DNA of 64,000 nt from Candidatus Woesearchaeota archaeon (GTDB taxonomy: Archaea; Nanobdellota; Nanobdellia; Woesearchaeales; JAFGPW01): NCBI GenBank assembly GCA_016935985.1, contig JAFGPW010000005.1:46815-110814 (forward strand), given 5' to 3'. Positions 58,051 to 64,000 of the stretch are shown piece after piece. Position 1 is the stretch's first letter; every line of letters begins with the position of its first letter. The notes below the pieces were generated by a model. That model did no database searches. It saw only the letters and a list, made by a program, of their open reading frames with translations, and had not been told where the DNA came from. A program made the translations under genes and the position numbers.

Positions 58051-58438
58051 GCATCTCCGCTGTCGTCATGACCGGGACCAGCGACTGCTTCTTGAGATGC
58101 GAATCGTCCGACCAGAGCACGCTTCCGGGATGAGCGAGCGCGCACGCGATGAAGGGGGCGTCGTCAAGGTCGATAGGGCCGACACAGCGGAGGGACATCT
58201 CACGATGCTTATCCAATGTTTCGTGCGGGACCAGGCGCACTCTGCCCATCACGAGCCGCATGAGCAGGTCGAAGTCAGGCCCATTCATCCGAGACTTTCG
58301 CATGAGGATGTCCCGGTGCCGCTCAGCCTCCTCGACGATGTATGCCGGAGCGACGAATTCCTGGTCCATAGAAAAGAGGAGCGTCCGGGTCAGCGAGTCC
58401 CTGATGAGCGCGGAGAAGAGGACGTTCGAGTCGACCAC
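58031..58438 (-). CDS. vapC: PIN-domain toxin (VapC-like); start uncertain
   Basis: VDSNVLFSALI, EE, DLDDAPFIACAL, LWSDDSHL. Confidence 0.85.
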   Translation of the reverse strand: MVDSNVLFSALIRDSLTRTLLFSMDQEFVAPAYIVEEAERHRDILMRKSRMNGPDFDLLMRLVMGRVRLVPHETLDKHREMSLRCVGPIDLDDAPFIACALAHPGSVLWSDDSHLKKQSLVPVMTTAEMLSCWRR

Positions 58439-58665
58439 TACTGTTTTTCCATGAACCGCTTCCCCGCTTCCCGCTTGACCAGCCGTGAGAACGATGCCAC
58501 ATCCGCCTCTGAAAGAGCGCTCTTCTTCGCGAGCGCGTCCGCGAGCCTGAGGAGCTCCAGCTTCTCCTGTATCGCGCGTCGCGCGACCTCGCTCCATCTG
58601 ACGTCAGGGAACGCCCGCATCTCCTTATGGAGATCATCCGGCAAAGATAGCGTCATGTTCGCCAT
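58438..58665 (-). CDS. vapB: RHH antitoxin (VapB-like)
   Basis: MANMTLSLPDDLHKEM...VRWSEVARRAI; GGAGTGA SD; directly upstream of the PIN gene. Confidence 0.85.
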   Translation of the reverse strand: MANMTLSLPDDLHKEMRAFPDVRWSEVARRAIQEKLELLRLADALAKKSALSEADVASFSRLVKREAGKRFMEKQ

Positions 58666-58676
58666 GTGGATCACTC

Positions 58677-58708
58677 CACATAGATATGTGATGCCACATA
58701 TTTATGTC
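58677..58708. promoter_or_regulatory. Tandem palindromic TA operators ACATA-N2-TATGT
   Basis: CACATAGATATGTG (58677-58690) and CACATATTTATGTC (58695-58708), overlapping the vapBC promoter. Confidence 0.7.
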
Positions 58709-58842
58709 TTTCGCCTAAAAGCCGGAAATGGAGATACTCGACTCTCGTGCTTATCGTGTCTTTGGTCTTGGTCGCCGGAAATCTTCCGATTCATGAGAAG
58801 AAAGGCAATTTTTAAATAGCACGTCTACGCCAATACCGGGCC

Positions 58843-61800
58843 ATGGGTAGAAAAAAGAGGTTCATAATAGGTATTGGGCTCTTTCTCCTCTTCCTTCCGC
58901 AGCTCTACGCGCAGATCGATCCCAGCGCGACTGAAGTCACCATCTGTCCGGACGACTGGAGCGAATCGCTGGCGGTCAGTCACTGCGTCAACACTTACCC
59001 GATTGATTATGATCTGGCTGCGACTGACCTCGACTATGGATGTCAAACCGGACAGACGCGCCGCTATGTCTACGGTCCCGGCGCAGAGCTCGCTTGCGAT
59101 GAGCTCGGCGTCACGCTCTGCTGCGAGGTGGGAGAGAGGAGGATTCCCGCAGGGACTGACGCATGCGTGAACGGCTATGATGAGGACAGCGATGGTAGCG
59201 TCGACTGCGATGACAATGACTGCGAAGTCGTCTCCGTGTGCTCCATGTCAGAGCCGACATTCACCGGCTCCTCGCGGATCATCCCGATGTATGAGGACGC
59301 AGTCCTCAACTTCGAGGCCGATGTCACGGGGACCACCATGAGCCCCTCCGAATCCATCACTATCCAGCTGCTCGTCTCAGGCGCATCCTTCGATGTCCGG
59401 ACCTGCACCTCGACGGCATGCGGCATCCACGAGATGGACGTCTACGGATCGATGGCCGACGGGTCGACTGGATCTGTCTTCAGTCTTAGGGCTGGCGTGC
59501 CGCGCAGCTACTTCACCGCGCAGCGCTACTACTACGGCTTCCGCATCCTCCGGCAAGGGACGATAATCAACCATATCCAGGCGACCTACACCGACCTCAC
59601 CGGCTGCTACAACCGCACAACAAACGCATGGTACCGTCCGAACTACCCCCAGCAGACGAGGACATGCGGCTCGTCGATCGGCATCTGCACCGTCGGTACC
59701 CAGTACTGCACCGGCTATGAGGTCTGGAGCACCTGTACGGGCACGCTCCCCGGAACCGAGACCTGCGGCGACGGCATCGACCAGGACTGCAGCGGCGCCG
59801 ACCTCGCCTGCCCCCCTCCGCCGACCGCCTGCACGGACGAGTGCGACGTCCTCGGCCAGACCTTCTGCTACAGCAACAACCTCTACACCTGCATCACCGG
59901 CAGCGACGGCTGCTACGACCGGAGCATCGTCGAGAGCTGCGCCAACGGCTGCGCGGACAGCGCCTGCATCCCGGCAACGGACTGCCAGCACGAGTGCGGC
60001 ACGACCGGCACCCTCTCCTGCAGCGCGTCAGGCGACCTCTACATCTGCCGGGCGGATGCGGCAGGATGCCGCTCCTGGGAGCTCTCGCAGGACTGCACCG
60101 GCCCGTGCATCAACACGACGGTCCCGCCGTACTGTGTCGATTGCGCCAATCCCTGCGCCACCGAAGGCGCCTTCGAGTGCCTCACGGCGACCTCGTCGCG
60201 CTCTTGCACGCGCAGCCTGACGATCGATTCATGCCTGCAGTGGGTGCCCGACACCTGCGATACCTGCTATGAAAGCTCAACCGATCCGAGCGTGAGCCGC
60301 TGCTACGACGAGTGCCCGGCGAGCGGCACCTGTTCCGAAGAGAGGGTGTGCAGGGATGCTGATGGGACCGAGTACCCGATGCAAAGGATCGCGGGCATCC
60401 TCTGCTGCCTCGAGGGGGCCTGCCAGGACGAGGATTCGGCAGCCGCCTGCACCGAGCCGAGCGAAGGCACCGCCGTGCATCAGGGCCTGCCCTATCCCCC
60501 CCGCTGCGACGGGGACTACCGCGTCACCTTCTCCTGCGCCGACGACGGCTCGCTCGTCACCACTACCGCGACGACGCCGTGCGAGTACGGCTGCGTCGGC
60601 GGCACCTGCCAGCTCGCGCCGCCGACCGTCACGCTCACCGACGCCCAGAAGCTGCGGAGGATTGTCGAGGACCTCCCGGCGCAGGGACGATGGCGCGAGA
60701 ACGATTACATCGACCTCATCGACTACATCCGGCGGCGCAACCAGGGGCTCGACCTCGCGGCGCTCCAGGTGGCCATCCTCTCGACCAGCACCGGCACGCT
60801 CACCGAGATCGGCATGGGAGGTGTCTGGCAGACCGGCTTTGACTCAGCAGGCACCTACGACACCACGCTCCGCCTCAGGATGGGCAACGTGACCAACCAG
60901 ACCTCGTTCAGAATCATCGTCGAGGACATCAACCGGGCGCCGAAGCTCGAGATGGACGACACGCTCTCCCCCTACGTCGGCAGGGAAGGAGAGCGCCTCA
61001 CGATACCGTTTGTGGCTTCTGACCCCGACGGGGACCCGCTCTCCTTCGACTTCACGCCGACCGTCCAACCCGGCAGGGAGAACGACCCGAAGCCCGCGTT
61101 CCAGATCGTGGGAAGCTCCATCGTGTGGGACGACCCCTGGCCGACCAAGCTCTATGTGGAGTTCCGGGCGAGCGACGGCATGGTCTCCACCCAGCCTGAG
61201 GTGTTCGAGATCGAGATACGGCCTCGCTCGGCCCTCGCCGACATCACCCTCGGCGAGGGGGAGGACGACCGGCTCGTGCGGCAGGGGGCCGACGAGGGGT
61301 TCGAGGAGGCGGCGGGCGAGGCGGGCCTCTCCGACCAGCAGCGCCGCGAGCTCATGGGGAATCCGGACGGCCGCGCCCAGCTCGTGGACACAATCAACCA
61401 GCGCCGCGAGGAGGATGCAAGGAGGGTCATCGACCTCGTCGTCGCGAAGGACCCTTCCATCAACAAGAAGGTCCAGCTCGAGCGGTTCAAGGAGACGCGG
61501 CCGAACATCAGGATAACGAAGGAGCCGACGGTCGACCGCGAGCGCAAGGAGACGACCGTGACGATCCGGCTCGAGCCGAAGCGGGTGATGTACAACGTCA
61601 CGATCCTCGAGGACATCCCGAAGGAGGTCGCCGAGAGCGCGGACGAGCTCGTCTTCTCCGTGCAGCCCATAGTCATCGAGGCGGATCCGCTCATCATGTG
61701 GCAGTTCGAGCGCCTCGAGGCGCCGGTCGAGCTCTCGTACACGGTGAAGAAGGAGCTCGAGACCGTCAACACCTCGACGGTGCCTATCGCCGAGCTCGTG

Positions 61801-62112
61801 ACCCTCGAGGAGGTCAGCCAGCCCCAGGTCCTCTGGCGGCTCGCCATCATCCCGGTGGTCGGCATCATCCTGATATTCTTCGCGCGGTTCCAGCATCACG
61901 GCGGGAGCATCACGAAGGCGGAGAAGGCGATCGAGAAGGAGTCGAAGGAGATCGCGAACTACCTCGAGAAGCTCGCCGACTACGTCGCGCTCGAGCTCGA
62001 GCGCGGTTCGCCGGACATGGAGATCAGGACCCAGCTGACCGTGATGGGCCACCGCATGGACATGATCGACCAGGCCTTCCGGAAGGCTCGCGGCCGCGTG
62101 AGGCCCAAGTGA
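58843..62112 (+). CDS. Cys-rich surface protein with Ig/cadherin-like domains, C-terminal TM and cytoplasmic tail
   Basis: Signal peptide; C.NG.DED.DG..DCDD.DC and ETCGDGIDQDC motifs; NRAP...ASDPDGDPLSF; TM near C-terminus. Confidence 0.85.
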   Translation: MGRKKRFIIGIGLFLLFLPQLYAQIDPSATEVTICPDDWSESLAVSHCVNTYPIDYDLAATDLDYGCQTGQTRRYVYGPGAELACDELGVTLCCEVGERRIPAGTDACVNGYDEDSDGSVDCDDNDCEVVSVCSMSEPTFTGSSRIIPMYEDAVLNFEADVTGTTMSPSESITIQLLVSGASFDVRTCTSTACGIHEMDVYGSMADGSTGSVFSLRAGVPRSYFTAQRYYYGFRILRQGTIINHIQATYTDLTGCYNRTTNAWYRPNYPQQTRTCGSSIGICTVGTQYCTGYEVWSTCTGTLPGTETCGDGIDQDCSGADLACPPPPTACTDECDVLGQTFCYSNNLYTCITGSDGCYDRSIVESCANGCADSACIPATDCQHECGTTGTLSCSASGDLYICRADAAGCRSWELSQDCTGPCINTTVPPYCVDCANPCATEGAFECLTATSSRSCTRSLTIDSCLQWVPDTCDTCYESSTDPSVSRCYDECPASGTCSEERVCRDADGTEYPMQRIAGILCCLEGACQDEDSAAACTEPSEGTAVHQGLPYPPRCDGDYRVTFSCADDGSLVTTTATTPCEYGCVGGTCQLAPPTVTLTDAQKLRRIVEDLPAQGRWRENDYIDLIDYIRRRNQGLDLAALQVAILSTSTGTLTEIGMGGVWQTGFDSAGTYDTTLRLRMGNVTNQTSFRIIVEDINRAPKLEMDDTLSPYVGREGERLTIPFVASDPDGDPLSFDFTPTVQPGRENDPKPAFQIVGSSIVWDDPWPTKLYVEFRASDGMVSTQPEVFEIEIRPRSALADITLGEGEDDRLVRQGADEGFEEAAGEAGLSDQQRRELMGNPDGRAQLVDTINQRREEDARRVIDLVVAKDPSINKKVQLERFKETRPNIRITKEPTVDRERKETTVTIRLEPKRVMYNVTILEDIPKEVAESADELVFSVQPIVIEADPLIMWQFERLEAPVELSYTVKKELETVNTSTVPIAELVTLEEVSQPQVLWRLAIIPVVGIILIFFARFQHHGGSITKAEKAIEKESKEIANYLEKLADYVALELERGSPDMEIRTQLTVMGHRMDMIDQAFRKARGRVRPK

Positions 62113-62151
62113 CAACAAAATATATATAGAACGGCGCCGTTTCGGCCCGGC

Positions 62152-64000
62152 ATGGGGGGCAGGACCGATAGCGGCAGCCAGCGGAAGGATTCGAGGCGAA
62201 ACCTCTCGCTTGTGAAACTATTTTCACAGCTGTTCTCCGAAACGCCCGCATGGGCCGCCTACCTCCCGCACACCATCGTCGTCCTCGTCATCCTGCTCGC
62301 CGCCTGGCTCGTCATCACCGGGACCGCTTCGTTCCCCTCCACCGCGGCGCTCGTCCTGCTCCTCGCGGCAGCGGTCGCCCACCGGCTGAAGAGGCCCGAC
62401 TGGCTGCTCGTCCCGCTCGTCGCGCTCATCGGCGTCGTCATCCGCATCCAGAACCTGCCGCTCCTCAAGGGGCAGTACCCGCTCGCCCTCGACCCCTTCA
62501 TCTTCCTCAGGTACGCCCGCGAGCTCGTCGAGAACGGCGCGATCCCCGCGGTCGACACCCTGCGCTATGTCCCGCTCGGGTTCGAGACCGGCTCAGAGCT
62601 CCTCTCGGTCTCGTATATGAGCGCTTGGCTCTACAAGCTCCTCTCCCCCCTCATCCCTGGGCTCACCATCGAGTTCGCGCACATCATCTACCCAGTCATC
62701 TTCTTCGCGCTCGGCATCGTCGTGTTCTACCTGCTCTGCCGCGAGCTCTTCGACTCCAGGGTCGCGTTCACGGCTTCCCTCATCCTGTCAGTCTTCCCCG
62801 CTTACCTCTACCGCACCATGGCAGGCTTCGCCGACAAGGAGGCGCTCGGCATCCTCCTCATGTTCCTCTCGATCTACCTCTTCGTCCTCACCCAGAAGCG
62901 CGAGCGGCGCTGGCAGGCCGGCCTCTTCGGCGCTCTCTCCGGCATCGCCGCCGGCGGGATGGGGCTCACCTGGGGCGGCACCACCTTCCTCTACATGATT
63001 GTCGGCGCGTACGCCTTCGCGCTCATCTTCCTCGGCAAGATGCGTTTGCGCGAGACCATCGCGCTCGTCTCGTGGGCGGTCCCCGCCTACCTCATGGTGG
63101 CGTTCCTCACCCCGCGCTACGGCGGCATCGTCGGCGTCCTCTCCTCGCTCAACTTCGCGATCCCCTTCCTCGCCCTCCTCTTCCTCATCGCCGACCGGCT
63201 GACCGGGCCGCTCACCTCGCGCCTGCACCAGGCGGCGACCGCGTTCCTGAAGGACGGATGGCAGGCGGCGAAGACTGCGCTCGGGCAAAAAGAAGCTTCC
63301 CCATCACGCATCTCGCCGCACGTCCTCGTCCTGCTGCTCGTCATGATCGGCGGCATCGGCGCGCTGGTGCTGCTCGGCCCGGAGAAGGTCTTCGGCATCA
63401 TCGTCCAGATAAAGGAGCAGATCCTGCACCCGGTCGGCACTGGCAGGCTTACGGTCACCGTCGCCGAGAACCGGCAGCCGTACTTCTCCGACTGGTGGGA
63501 GCAGTTCGGATACTTCTTCTACTTCTTCTTCATAGGATCCATGTACCTCTTCTACCGGATGGTCGCCCCTATCAAACGCTACCGCGTGCCGCTCACCCTC
63601 GGCTACGTCGTCTTCATCACGCTCTTCATCTTCAGCAGGAACCGGGCGGGGACGGTGCTCAATGGCGTGACCCCCTTCTCCGCGTTCCTCTTCTTCGGCT
63701 CGGTCATCGGCTTCGCGCTCCTCTTCTATGCGCTTATCATCCGCTCATCGACGCGGGACGACGCCTCGTTCAGGGGATTCGCGGCGATCCCCTCCGGCCT
63801 GCTCCTGACCCTCATCTGGTTCATCATCATGATCCTCGCCGCGCGCGGCGCGATGCGGCTCTTCTTCGTCTTCTCGCCCGTCATCGCGCTCGTCGCAGGA
63901 TACCTCATCGTGGATGTCATCACGCGGTCCTTCGCCATCAAGGACCGCATCTACAAGTGGACCGCGCTCATCATCGTGCTCGTGCTCGTCGTACCGACCG
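62152..64000 (+). CDS. aglB: Oligosaccharyltransferase AglB (STT3 family), truncated by window end
   Basis: Read manually: LALDPFIFLRY, DTLRYVPLG, YLYRTMAGFADKE, TVAEN; many TMs; TATA box at ~62120, probably leaderless. Confidence 0.9.
   Translation, partial: MGGRTDSGSQRKDSRRNLSLVKLFSQLFSETPAWAAYLPHTIVVLVILLAAWLVITGTASFPSTAALVLLLAAAVAHRLKRPDWLLVPLVALIGVVIRIQNLPLLKGQYPLALDPFIFLRYARELVENGAIPAVDTLRYVPLGFETGSELLSVSYMSAWLYKLLSPLIPGLTIEFAHIIYPVIFFALGIVVFYLLCRELFDSRVAFTASLILSVFPAYLYRTMAGFADKEALGILLMFLSIYLFVLTQKRERRWQAGLFGALSGIAAGGMGLTWGGTTFLYMIVGAYAFALIFLGKMRLRETIALVSWAVPAYLMVAFLTPRYGGIVGVLSSLNFAIPFLALLFLIADRLTGPLTSRLHQAATAFLKDGWQAAKTALGQKEASPSRISPHVLVLLLVMIGGIGALVLLGPEKVFGIIVQIKEQILHPVGTGRLTVTVAENRQPYFSDWWEQFGYFFYFFFIGSMYLFYRMVAPIKRYRVPLTLGYVVFITLFIFSRNRAGTVLNGVTPFSAFLFFGSVIGFALLFYALIIRSSTRDDASFRGFAAIPSGLLLTLIWFIIMILAARGAMRLFFVFSPVIALVAGYLIVDVITRSFAIKDRIYKWTALIIVLVLVVPT

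Noticed and set aside
387-63950. Numerous long antisense or alternative-frame ORFs (e.g. 4626-6395 +, 9216-11051 -, 45302-47008 -, 60844-62118 -)
   Set aside because: Shadows of real genes caused by high GC3; Arg/Pro-rich or nonsense composition, no motifs.

Overview
GC-rich archaeal chromosome segment. Gene content and protein style (PolD, histone, TBP, TFE, Hjc, AglB, paired TrmB-like proteins, class III signal peptide and Cys-rich surface proteins) suggest a DPANN archaeon, probably Woesearchaeota-like (inference). Most of the window is core informational genes: pheST, pelota, rfcS, tyrS, tldD/E, PAN, trm5, fen, endA, rnz, histone, hjc, tfe, cdc6-DP1-DP2, aIF2beta, RPA, mcm, tbp and rpp30. 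A probable replication origin (ORB boxes plus AT-rich DUE) lies upstream of cdc6. There is an iscS/iscU/Ubl/ncsA sulfur-relay cluster, and two surface-protein regions (7.6-14.2 kb and 50.2-62.1 kb, the second followed by aglB). Signals missing from the ORF track: (1) a box C/D sRNA at 22931-23007 (-) with compensatory non-canonical boxes, whose D' guide predicts 2'-O-methylation of 23S A-loop U2552; (2) an oriented palindromic motif TT(T/G)TCAATATTGAAATNAAT occurring three times, upstream of endA/rnz, the isc operon and rpp30; (3) a second ORB-like cluster upstream of tbp-mcm. Also notable: a T9SS-CTD-like domain in an archaeal protein, a PAN with a ~65-aa insertion, a strongly divergent orphan PurF, and a tandem paralogous lipoprotein array. 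No rRNA, tRNA, CRISPR array or IS element was recognised. All calls are by eye, without database searches.
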